From: a virus | Length of the DNA: 64,000 bases | Direction: 5' to 3' (one strand) | IMG/VR virus record: IMGVR_UViG_3300015370_000568 | Location: 67,085-131,084 of that record | Shown: in pieces, positions 9,608 through 17,840 of the stretch | How positions within the stretch are numbered: the stretch's first letter is position 1 | How the letters are laid out: every line of letters starts with the position of its first letter | The notes under the pieces: model-generated | What the model was told of the DNA's origin: nothing | Database searches by the model: none | What the model saw: the letters and a program-made list of their open reading frames with translations, nothing else | Position numbers and translations under genes: made by a program

Positions 9608-10734
9608 TGTGATACCTCTTCCAAAGCTTCTAGATAAATCTTACCTACAGCATCCCAACTCAGTTTATCTCGATCTACTTTAGCTTGTTCAGCTTTTCTC
9701 TGCAACAGTTCTCTATTCTCATAAGCCTCTCTCATAGCTGCTCTCAAAGCCATAATACTAGGGTCTGCCCAATTCTGGTCAGCGGTATAGAGACCATTAG
9801 ACATGTTTTGCATGCCGATTACAGGCATCAATCTAGACTCTACTAGCCAAGAGTTTTGTTGAGTAGTAAAATCTAAATGGCCGCCAAAATCAGGAACAAT
9901 AGAAGGTTTGCCCGCAGCTAATGCTTCTAGCATGGGAAGACAAAAACCTTCTCCACGAGTAGGTAAGACAAAGACATCACCCAGAGCATGAAGAGACCTT
10001 ATCTGTGCTGTTGATAGCAGCGACGAAACAAGAACTACTTTTGGAAAAGCCTTGTTATCGAGAAGAATTCTGCTCTTCACCGAAGCAATTGCTTGCTTCA
10101 AGTGTCCTACCTGGTCTGGTTCATGGTTGGCCATGTAGGTCTTTAGAATCAAAACTACATCGCCTTGACCAGCAAATTCTGTCCAATAGGCTACTAGAAG
10201 AGCTAAAGGATTTTTGCGCTCGATGAACTGGAAAATAGAATAGAACTTGAAAACATTGTCCGGCACACCATCTAATTGAAGAGGCTCAGCTTCCTTGTAA
10301 GCGTCAATATCAATACCATGAGGGATGACATAGATTGGCTTATCTGTCTCTTTGGCTACTACTTTTTTATTCCACTGACAGGGTACAAAGATGACGTCGA
10401 GATGGGATAATTGAGGAACCCAACGACGAGGAAGACGGTCTGTTTCCCAGGCAAAGTATCCAATGACTCGTTTTCCTACTTCTTTGAAGAAAGGTAGAGA
10501 ATAATGTTCTGGAGTAAGATGAATGATATTTGTATCATAGTCTATCCGAGCACTCATCATACTTCTAAGTAGCTCACCTGTAGCTCCTAAATCAGGTCGT
10601 TGTTTTTCAAAAGAAGCTGGCTGAACTCTGATAGGAATACCTGCTTTATGGAGCAAGAGAATATAGTTTCTTGCCGCCTCTCCGTATCCCGAGACGTCCG
10701 CGACAGCGCCACAATATCTAATACCCTTTACCAT
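9604..10734 (-). CDS. GT4 family glycosyltransferase
   Basis: SGYGEAAR, AWETD, IPHGID, ERKN, PTRGEGFCLPMLEALAAGKP (E-x7-E). ATG 10734 follows an AGGAG ribosome-binding site. Confidence 0.92.
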   Translation of the reverse strand: MVKGIRYCGAVADVSGYGEAARNYILLLHKAGIPIRVQPASFEKQRPDLGATGELLRSMMSARIDYDTNIIHLTPEHYSLPFFKEVGKRVIGYFAWETDRLPRRWVPQLSHLDVIFVPCQWNKKVVAKETDKPIYVIPHGIDIDAYKEAEPLQLDGVPDNVFKFYSIFQFIERKNPLALLVAYWTEFAGQGDVVLILKTYMANHEPDQVGHLKQAIASVKSRILLDNKAFPKVVLVSSLLSTAQIRSLHALGDVFVLPTRGEGFCLPMLEALAAGKPSIVPDFGGHLDFTTQQNSWLVESRLMPVIGMQNMSNGLYTADQNWADPSIMALRAAMREAYENRELLQRKAEQAKVDRDKLSWDAVGKIYLEALEEVSQ

Positions 10735-10745
10735 ACTCTTATCTC

Positions 10746-13301
10746 CTAGCACTCTATCGTAGTTACTGTACCTGATATTTGTTTACGAGCCAAGGGTGTA
10801 TTTATAGCCATCTTAAAAAGCTTTACCCATTTAGGAGTAATAGCTCGCCAATCATACTTTTCTGCCCATTGTCTACCTAACTGCTTTTTCAAATGAATCT
10901 GCGGGTCTTTTCTATCCCACATCTTCTTGAACTTGAATAGCAAACTCTGAACATCCTCATCTCTACCTATTGGTCTATAACCAGAGGCATCTATGTAAGT
11001 CATCTCCTTACAAGGATATCTAAACCCCCGCCCATGACCAAAAAGTTCATCATGTACTGTATTAGAAGGAACAATAACTGGTACACCAGCAGCCATTGCT
11101 TCGATGGCTGAATTATGTAAGATAACGCCATTCCCGACAAAACTATGAGCCTGGTCTACCTGGATATCTAGCACTAGACGCTGATCTAGATGTTGAATAT
11201 TTGATACCCGAACAAAAAATAGATTGTCATGGTCTATGTAATGATACATTCTTCGTTTTGTCCAACTTTTTGTTTTGTCTCCTAGTCCTGCCCATGCTGA
11301 GAATTGTTCATAAGCAGGGCCCGAAACACTAACAACCCATCGTGGTCGATGATTCTCGGATGAAGAATAAGACTGAATAGTAGACCAAATGTTATTCGCC
11401 AGCAAGATGTCACGAACCTGCCAGGCCATGGTACGAGAGACTGTTGTTAATCGAAAAGACCGACCTGAATCATTACCGTCTCCTAAAAAGAGACAACCAA
11501 GCATTGGCCCTAAATATTTTGCAGCATTATACAATTCAGAAGGGATTGTTTTATTGACAGCATGTATCCCACAAAATGCTCCCATAAACTCTGCAAAGAC
11601 AGATGAACAAGCTATTAGTCGAGACGAGAAACAGCCATGTTTTTCTGTTATAGTATGAATACCTACTATATCTTTGAGATACTCTGCAAAAAATTCTGCA
11701 ATAGGTTTCTCTCTTATATGTAAGTCTAGTTCGACAAAAGATCCTCCTCCATTACTGCCTTCTGCTAAATACCAACCTACAAACATAAGAAATCGCTCAT
11801 CAACTTTAATTCTTCTAGAAACTTTTACTATAGTATTATTGACTTGTAAGGTTTCCTCTTGAATAGTTGTAGCAACCTGGTAAGCTTTTGATCCTTTTAA
11901 GCCTCTAGAGGGTAATGAGCATCCTAGACAAACTCGTCTAGCATCTTCTGCTACACGTTTAGATACTTTATATTTTTCTTGGATATTGCTGATTGATAAA
12001 CCTTGTGCTGAAGGAGAATATCCCATCTTATACCAAATCGACTTTTCGTCATATTCAACTTTGTCTTTATCAATCCAGTCCAAAAGATCTATACATAAGG
12101 GCAGCTCAGCACGTAATTGTGGTTTAGCAATAGCCACCAAATCGCTTGCCTTGATTGCTTTCAATGGAACCCACTGAGGAATAGCATTCTCGTACTCAGC
12201 ACGATGCTTAGCTAAGTTTCCCTTGTCCTGAATAGCTAAAAAGGGATGTTCCGCAGTAACAATCGTAGGTGGTACTCCATGTATTTTTACTTGATAAACA
12301 TCTGCCTTTCTACTCATTTGTTGTAGAACAGGCCGATAAGTTCCTTCATGAGTGAGTACTTCCTCTCCAACTTGAAGAGCCTGCATCTCCTTAACTTTTC
12401 CATTCTTGGTAGAGATAAGAGTAAGAGGATCGACACACATTCCGAATCCTTCGCCTAGAGTCGTAGTAAAAAAGACATCAGAAGTATTGAAGATTTGATT
12501 CATAATGTGGTCTGGAAAACCATGAACAGTTACATAATTAGTGGGGAAAAATACATCTCTCCCAATCTTTAATCCTAAATGATCACATGCCGATATCAAA
12601 TCAATACCATTATCTGTCGGGTCAGTGTGAATATTTAGCACACATTCATCATATTTCTTTTTGAGAGCAGCAAAAGCAGATAAAGTTTGGGGCAAGTTTT
12701 TTCTTTTATTGTTTCTATTCACGTTCAAGACAACAAACTTACCTTCACCATAAACATCTCGTCGAAGTTCTTCTATTTGTTTAGCTGGTAAGGGTTTATA
12801 AGTTTGAGAGTCCACGCCGTGATAGATAAAAGGCATATTCTTTAGATGTGGATAAACCTTTAAGACCTCCTCTTTAGCCCACTGTGTATAGGCTACAGGA
12901 TAGTCAGCTATCTCAAGAAAATGAGACTTGGAAGGATAAATACGACAATCGACCGGGAAGTAATAGATAATCGGCGCACGATTAGCAACATTTGCTATTT
13001 CTTGCCAGACCTGTTCAATAACAAACAAGTCATTTAGAATGAAAACGGCATCCCATTTTCCTTCTGTCAGTAATTGAATGAAAGCCTTACATCCATATGG
13101 GTCTTCAGGTACTGGCCATTTCGCTGGAATGATTCGATAGTTAGGGCCCTTGTCTGCATGAATCTGAAAATGATTGATAGCCAGAATCGTTATATCATAC
13201 TCGCCTGTATCATATAACGCTCCAAGTATCCAGCGATTAACCCTGCCAAAACCCGTACTGGACATCGGAGAATCGCCCCAGACAAGTAATGATTTCCGCA
13301 T
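10746..13301 (-). CDS. GT4 family glycosyltransferase precursor containing an intein
   Basis: STGFGRV, YHGVD, NRNNKRKN. Splicing would restore EGFGM/SAIEAMAAGVPVI. Confidence 0.92.
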   Translation of the reverse strand: MRKSLLVWGDSPMSSTGFGRVNRWILGALYDTGEYDITILAINHFQIHADKGPNYRIIPAKWPVPEDPYGCKAFIQLLTEGKWDAVFILNDLFVIEQVWQEIANVANRAPIIYYFPVDCRIYPSKSHFLEIADYPVAYTQWAKEEVLKVYPHLKNMPFIYHGVDSQTYKPLPAKQIEELRRDVYGEGKFVVLNVNRNNKRKNLPQTLSAFAALKKKYDECVLNIHTDPTDNGIDLISACDHLGLKIGRDVFFPTNYVTVHGFPDHIMNQIFNTSDVFFTTTLGEGFGMCVDPLTLISTKNGKVKEMQALQVGEEVLTHEGTYRPVLQQMSRKADVYQVKIHGVPPTIVTAEHPFLAIQDKGNLAKHRAEYENAIPQWVPLKAIKASDLVAIAKPQLRAELPLCIDLLDWIDKDKVEYDEKSIWYKMGYSPSAQGLSISNIQEKYKVSKRVAEDARRVCLGCSLPSRGLKGSKAYQVATTIQEETLQVNNTIVKVSRRIKVDERFLMFVGWYLAEGSNGGGSFVELDLHIREKPIAEFFAEYLKDIVGIHTITEKHGCFSSRLIACSSVFAEFMGAFCGIHAVNKTIPSELYNAAKYLGPMLGCLFLGDGNDSGRSFRLTTVSRTMAWQVRDILLANNIWSTIQSYSSSENHRPRWVVSVSGPAYEQFSAWAGLGDKTKSWTKRRMYHYIDHDNLFFVRVSNIQHLDQRLVLDIQVDQAHSFVGNGVILHNSAIEAMAAGVPVIVPSNTVHDELFGHGRGFRYPCKEMTYIDASGYRPIGRDEDVQSLLFKFKKMWDRKDPQIHLKKQLGRQWAEKYDWRAITPKWVKLFKMAINTPLARKQISGTVTTIEC
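11112..12437 (-). mobile_element. Intein (442 aa) with LAGLIDADG homing endonuclease
   Basis: N-terminal C-VDPLTLI, block B VTAEHPF, LAGLIDADG-like FVGWYLAEGS and MLGCLFLGDGN, block F VLDIQVDQAHSFVGNG, terminal HN followed by Ser. Confidence 0.95.
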
Positions 13302-13320
13302 AGTAGCTTCTTTCTAACAG

Positions 13321-14370
13321 TTATACTTCTTCAATCATAATACCTTGAGTATTAAGATGGCCTTCTTTTATTTGTGAATCGTATTGACCTTGTAGAGCTC
13401 GTTCAGTAGCTAGAATGACATCATTAGAAGAAAGTCTATTCCAACAAGCATAACCGAAGGAGCAATTCTCATACCAAGATGTGTAACATTTAAGACCTTT
13501 ACCTGGACAGATTCCTACACTATTAGGATAGTAGTTGAGTCTGCTTTCAGGAGGAGTTGGGCCGAAAAGACCGATTAAAGGCCGTTTAAGGGCTCCTGCT
13601 ACATGTAACATGGCACTATCTGGAGCTATAGTGCAATGACAGACATTGATTAGTGCTGCGAGGAGACGAAGAGAATAGTTTTTCAGATGAATACAGTTCA
13701 TCAAAGAAAAATCTACTGGCCCGGCCCAATCAGTACCGTGAGTAGAGACAAAGATAGCACAAGAAGGCCATCTGATTCTTAGAGCAGATAGAATCTGTTT
13801 ACTTTGGTCGACTGTTACGCTTCTTTTTCGATTAGAAGCGAAAGGCTGATAGAAAATGATGGGAGTTCTTTCAGTAACATGACTGGCCGCCAGAAAATCA
13901 TTGGCCCATTTGATTTCTTCAGGCTTCAGAACATAAACTGTCTGAGTATCATGAAGACTTAAGCCGGCAGACCAAGCAAATAAGTCTATTCTATTTGGAG
14001 GAATTCTTCCTGGTAATTCCATCGGAACACAAGGACAATCCATGTTTAGAACAATATCAAACTGTTCGAGGTCAACAATTCTGTAGTCAGCAATATTGTT
14101 GATATGGGGATTGCCCCAGACTGTTTCTACTAATACTCCATCACAATACTCAGGAGAAGTGACGAGAGTTATACTACAGTTAGGAAAAATATACTTCAAC
14201 TCTTTGAAAGTAGGAGTTAGCATCAAGAGGTCACCGATACCTCCTCTTGGTCGCCAAACAGCTATTTTCCAGGGAGCCTGAGCATTTAGTTCTCTTGCTC
14301 TAGGAATAGGAATAGAAGGCCAATTAAGGAGAGACCTCTCCGAAGGGAATAATTTGTCGCGCTGAGTCAC
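13321..14370 (-). CDS. GT9 (ADP-heptose:LPS heptosyltransferase-like) glycosyltransferase
   Basis: RGGIGDLLMLTP, APDSAMLHVAGALKRPLIGLFGPT, C-terminal Cys cluster; GTG start. Confidence 0.88.
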   Translation of the reverse strand: MTQRDKLFPSERSLLNWPSIPIPRARELNAQAPWKIAVWRPRGGIGDLLMLTPTFKELKYIFPNCSITLVTSPEYCDGVLVETVWGNPHINNIADYRIVDLEQFDIVLNMDCPCVPMELPGRIPPNRIDLFAWSAGLSLHDTQTVYVLKPEEIKWANDFLAASHVTERTPIIFYQPFASNRKRSVTVDQSKQILSALRIRWPSCAIFVSTHGTDWAGPVDFSLMNCIHLKNYSLRLLAALINVCHCTIAPDSAMLHVAGALKRPLIGLFGPTPPESRLNYYPNSVGICPGKGLKCYTSWYENCSFGYACWNRLSSNDVILATERALQGQYDSQIKEGHLNTQGIMIEEV

Positions 14371-15377
14371 TAAACACCTGCGTAGAGGAGACAGCCTTTG
14401 GCAACAGCATACAAAGGATTATTTGCATGCCGAACTTCACGAATAACTAGTGGAAAATCAGCTGGCTTTGATTTTTCTAGTAAAGAGACAAATCCTTTCA
14501 TTTGACTAGTCCCGCCAGCAACTACTAAAGGAATTGGGTCTTTGAACTTGGGCAGACCACCTTGCTTTGTCTTCAGGTATTGAGAAAGATTGGCCCAGAA
14601 ATAGTCAATCAGACGCTTGTAGTAGATACAAATAGCCTTATGAATAGGAGGAAGAGCATTCAAAGTAGCATCGTCAATATCTATATTGATATCGCCGGAT
14701 TCTTTTTCTACCTGTACTTCTGAATCTTCAAGACGTAATGCCTGTGCTACCATTCTATCAATCCAGTCACCGCTTCTAACTAGTGATAGACGTAAAATAG
14801 CTTCGCCTCCAGACATCAGACATACATTACACATCCCTGCGCCGGCTGACAAGGAAATTCCGGTTAAGTCATCATCCATCAACTCAGAGTAGCAAATAGC
14901 CTCAGCTTCATTTAGAGAGATAGCTTTGTATCCTAGTGTAGTAATGAAACTTCCAAAAACTGATTCATGATAGCCGACATCAAATTGTTCTGAAGACTGG
15001 TCAATAGGTTGTGCCGGAACAGAATAAACAACAGCTTCACCAGCTTCAGATGGTTTACCTAGAAGCTTCTCTATGATATGACGAAGCACAGAGAAAGAAT
15101 CCTTCTCCTTAGGCGATACAATACCTCGCTGAAGGGGTCTCAAAGCCGAGCTATTTCGTTCAACAGCCTTGTCAATAGCATCCTGGCCAATAACAATAAA
15201 CACCCCGTCTTGTTTGAAATAAGACTTCCCCGCTAATCCTTTCTCTATCATCATGGCAGCCATAGGAGTTGAAGGGAAGATGCGAAAGAAAGCATCACGA
15301 ATCAGTTTGAAATCAGTACCCTTCTTGACTTCCTTGGCTGAGATTAGAGAAGAAGTACCAATATCTAACCCTTTCAT
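14370..15377 (-). CDS. Actin-fold ATPase (MreB/FtsA/ParM superfamily)
   Basis: Phosphate-1 GLDIGTS, connect-1 NEAEA, phosphate-2 SAGAGMCN, adenosine VVAGGTS, connect-2 PLYAVAKG; AGGAGG ribosome-binding site. Confidence 0.85.
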   Translation of the reverse strand: MKGLDIGTSSLISAKEVKKGTDFKLIRDAFFRIFPSTPMAAMMIEKGLAGKSYFKQDGVFIVIGQDAIDKAVERNSSALRPLQRGIVSPKEKDSFSVLRHIIEKLLGKPSEAGEAVVYSVPAQPIDQSSEQFDVGYHESVFGSFITTLGYKAISLNEAEAICYSELMDDDLTGISLSAGAGMCNVCLMSGGEAILRLSLVRSGDWIDRMVAQALRLEDSEVQVEKESGDINIDIDDATLNALPPIHKAICIYYKRLIDYFWANLSQYLKTKQGGLPKFKDPIPLVVAGGTSQMKGFVSLLEKSKPADFPLVIREVRHANNPLYAVAKGCLLYAGV

Positions 15378-15401
15378 ATTCTACTGCCTCCTGGCTTTTA
15401 C

Positions 15402-15412
15402 AGATTATCATG
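15402..15412 (-). promoter_or_regulatory. Possible extended -10 promoter (CATG-A-TAATCT) for the actin-like/glycan genes
   Basis: TGnTAnnnT in a 36-bp intergenic gap, with the same CATG context as at 56553 and 61626. Confidence 0.35.
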
Positions 15413-15413
15413 C

Positions 15414-15836
15414 TTATTGACGAGAAAGCAACCCCTTTAACTTCTTCCTAGCCTCACCTACATTCTCAGATACTGATTCTTCTTGTACATTTACCGCCCC
15501 TTCCAATTCAACAGTTTCTTCAGCAGCATAGACTAAACTATCATCAATCTCTACAGGAATAAATCTCTCCTGAGCAGGAGAAATCGTCTGGACAGAAGAA
15601 GGAGCTGAAGGAGAAACAACTAAACCACTAAGCTTCTGCAAGAGAGCAGTCAGTAGATGAGTATTTCCTTCTTTGACAGCTTCAGTAATCATTTGGTTGA
15701 TAAGTTCTCTATCCTCACTGGATAGTTGTTTAGATTCTATTACTTCTGGTGGCTTTTTTAATGTAGGACGAGGCCCAGGAACACCTTTGAATGGACGCAA
15801 GACTCCCTGTTCCAGCCGGTATCCCGGATAATGCAC
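15414..15836 (-). CDS. Hypothetical protein (low-complexity, acidic, basic C-terminal helix)
   Basis: ORF in operon orientation. GTG at 15836, just after the upstream stop, is preferred over 15893. Confidence 0.6.
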   Translation of the reverse strand: MHYPGYRLEQGVLRPFKGVPGPRPTLKKPPEVIESKQLSSEDRELINQMITEAVKEGNTHLLTALLQKLSGLVVSPSAPSSVQTISPAQERFIPVEIDDSLVYAAEETVELEGAVNVQEESVSENVGEARKKLKGLLSRQ

Positions 15837-15837
15837 T

Positions 15838-16260
15838 TTAGTAACACCTAATCTCCCATGTACCAGCAGTCCAAGTAGTAATCTCAATATCACTGACTAT
15901 ACCCTCGAAAGACCATACAGCTGCCGGGCCAATTGAAAGTTCAGCATTGTTAGTAGTTGTCTCAGCTCCTTGAGCCAGAATCTTGATTGAACCCTCAATT
16001 CCTGCAGCCCCCATAGGTCTAAGTGTAGCAAGAGAATCAGCTCGTGGATAGACCATTTGTCGAGAGTTAATTGTTACTCCCAAATCACATAGTCCATTTG
16101 TCTCGATGACAATTCTTTTTGCTGGCCGTTTTAGAGAGTTCTCTACTCGGACAACATCACCTTGAGCTAGAGCTCCACCGACATCGTTCAAATCAGTAGA
16201 ATTGAATACCTGGTATCGTTCTACTAGCCCACTCTCAATTACTTTAGTTAGGTTCGCCAT
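15838..16260 (-). CDS. Hypothetical beta-rich protein, probably virion-associated
   Basis: AGGAG ribosome-binding site; last gene of the structural block. Confidence 0.6.
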   Translation of the reverse strand: MANLTKVIESGLVERYQVFNSTDLNDVGGALAQGDVVRVENSLKRPAKRIVIETNGLCDLGVTINSRQMVYPRADSLATLRPMGAAGIEGSIKILAQGAETTTNNAELSIGPAAVWSFEGIVSDIEITTWTAGTWEIRCY

Positions 16261-16269
16261 TTTTTCTCC

Positions 16270-17829
16270 TTACCATAGACAAATAGCTACTCCAGAGTTA
16301 GTCGGAATAGTCACTGTACCTGCATTGTAGATTATGACTTCATTCTCTGTTGGTTGAAGCATAACCATTTGGAAAGCTGGGCCTTCCCACCAATCTACAC
16401 CAGGACCACCTGGGTCTTCTCGGAAATAAGTCTGAACAATAGGCCTTACTCCTCTATTATGATTGATTTGCCAAAATCCACTAGGAGGAATAGGAGCTGC
16501 CAGAGTATATTCTTGCCGCCGGAATGTATTTTGTGTTGTGTTCCCTATATCTGTAGGGTCACACATCCAATCCAGGTTGTTTTGTAGGTTATCATACGGC
16601 TGGTTGTTATAACTAGTATAGACTCCACTCTCAGCTACTTGAATAGCATCAGTCCAATGTTCATAGACTCCAGAAGGCACTGCTCCAGATGGACCATAAT
16701 GATGAGTCCTGAATCTGTTATCAATTGCTCCAACAGCTCTCTCTAATCCCCAGCCGTCTTGAGTTACAAGTTGTGAGCCCCAAGATGAATAAGTAGGAGA
16801 GTTATCATTCCAGGCAGACATCCCTGTAAATGTTATGGCAGCCGTGCCACCATCTACATCATCAAGTCTATAACCCCAGGGATTGATATTAGTTTGAGTA
16901 CCTTGGCCTTTGACTAGACCATCAAAAAGGTCACGCACGCCAGACGAAACGACTCCAGCACTAGTTAGAAGAACACTGCCAAGAGGGTCATCCCAAGTAC
17001 CAGCAACAACATAACCTTTCATTTGTCGGATGACTCGACGAATAGTATTCAAATCGTCTAGAAGGTCACCAGGAACACCCGTATACAGGTCATCCAGTCC
17101 ACCACCGCTAGGCTGAACATCAGTCTGGGCTGGAGTTGGATTCCCTACTCCTGCATGACTGGCTGTAGCTGGGTCATTTTGCCAAGCACCTACGTTATGA
17201 AGGGCTAACAAGGAAGTAAGTATCTGTCGGATTGTATAAGTAAGAGTCTTAGCCCCAGAACCAGTAAGTTGTGTCGAACTGTTATAGATATCTAGCTCTA
17301 ATGATTCGATATTGGCTATGTTGGTATTAATCATTCCGTCGAGAGAAGTTGAAAGACTTGTCCCGCCGAAAATTCTACTACCAATGAGAGCTTTTTGAGA
17401 AGCTGTCAGTCCAAACTGAGCAGCCTGTAAGGCTTGTTGGAGAGCTGTTTCTGTATCAGAAATAACTGTTCGCAGAGCTTTTACTTGTTCTTTAAGAGTA
17501 TAGGGTCTATTGCGAGTTGTATTCCAGAAAAGACCAGACTCTTCACTAGCATCAGTATCTGCATCAATAAACAGTTGTGAGCCGTCTAAACCTTCAACAA
17601 AAGCATTCAAATCATTATCGAAATCATCTACTTTTTGAAGGGCAGTACCTGTACCATCAGGAAGAAGAGGCATCAAGGGAGTAATATAAGTATTCCATAA
17701 CGCCGTGATATTACTAAGGTCTGCACTTAGTTCACGAACAGTATTCCGCCAATCAGCAGCAGAACGAGGCCCTCTTGTCACAGCATTACGAGCGACAAAA
17801 GAGAGTCTCATTGTAGGTTGTTTCGACAT
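16270..17829 (-). CDS. Putative tail fibre/virion protein
   Basis: Coiled-coil N-half, Gly/Thr-rich middle, and C-terminal INHNRGVRPIVQ resembling the HNLG..P.V fibre-tip motif; Ser-Gly rich. Confidence 0.55.
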   Translation of the reverse strand: MSKQPTMRLSFVARNAVTRGPRSAADWRNTVRELSADLSNITALWNTYITPLMPLLPDGTGTALQKVDDFDNDLNAFVEGLDGSQLFIDADTDASEESGLFWNTTRNRPYTLKEQVKALRTVISDTETALQQALQAAQFGLTASQKALIGSRIFGGTSLSTSLDGMINTNIANIESLELDIYNSSTQLTGSGAKTLTYTIRQILTSLLALHNVGAWQNDPATASHAGVGNPTPAQTDVQPSGGGLDDLYTGVPGDLLDDLNTIRRVIRQMKGYVVAGTWDDPLGSVLLTSAGVVSSGVRDLFDGLVKGQGTQTNINPWGYRLDDVDGGTAAITFTGMSAWNDNSPTYSSWGSQLVTQDGWGLERAVGAIDNRFRTHHYGPSGAVPSGVYEHWTDAIQVAESGVYTSYNNQPYDNLQNNLDWMCDPTDIGNTTQNTFRRQEYTLAAPIPPSGFWQINHNRGVRPIVQTYFREDPGGPGVDWWEGPAFQMVMLQPTENEVIIYNAGTVTIPTNSGVAICLW

Positions 17830-17840
17830 TCATTATCTCC

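Noticed and set aside
1-14370. Host O-antigen locus at a prophage boundary
   Set aside because: Same strand and overlapping stop/start continuity with the phage genes, no integrase or att-like feature seen, and no Wzx/Wzy. The leftmost genes could still be recent bacterial acquisitions.
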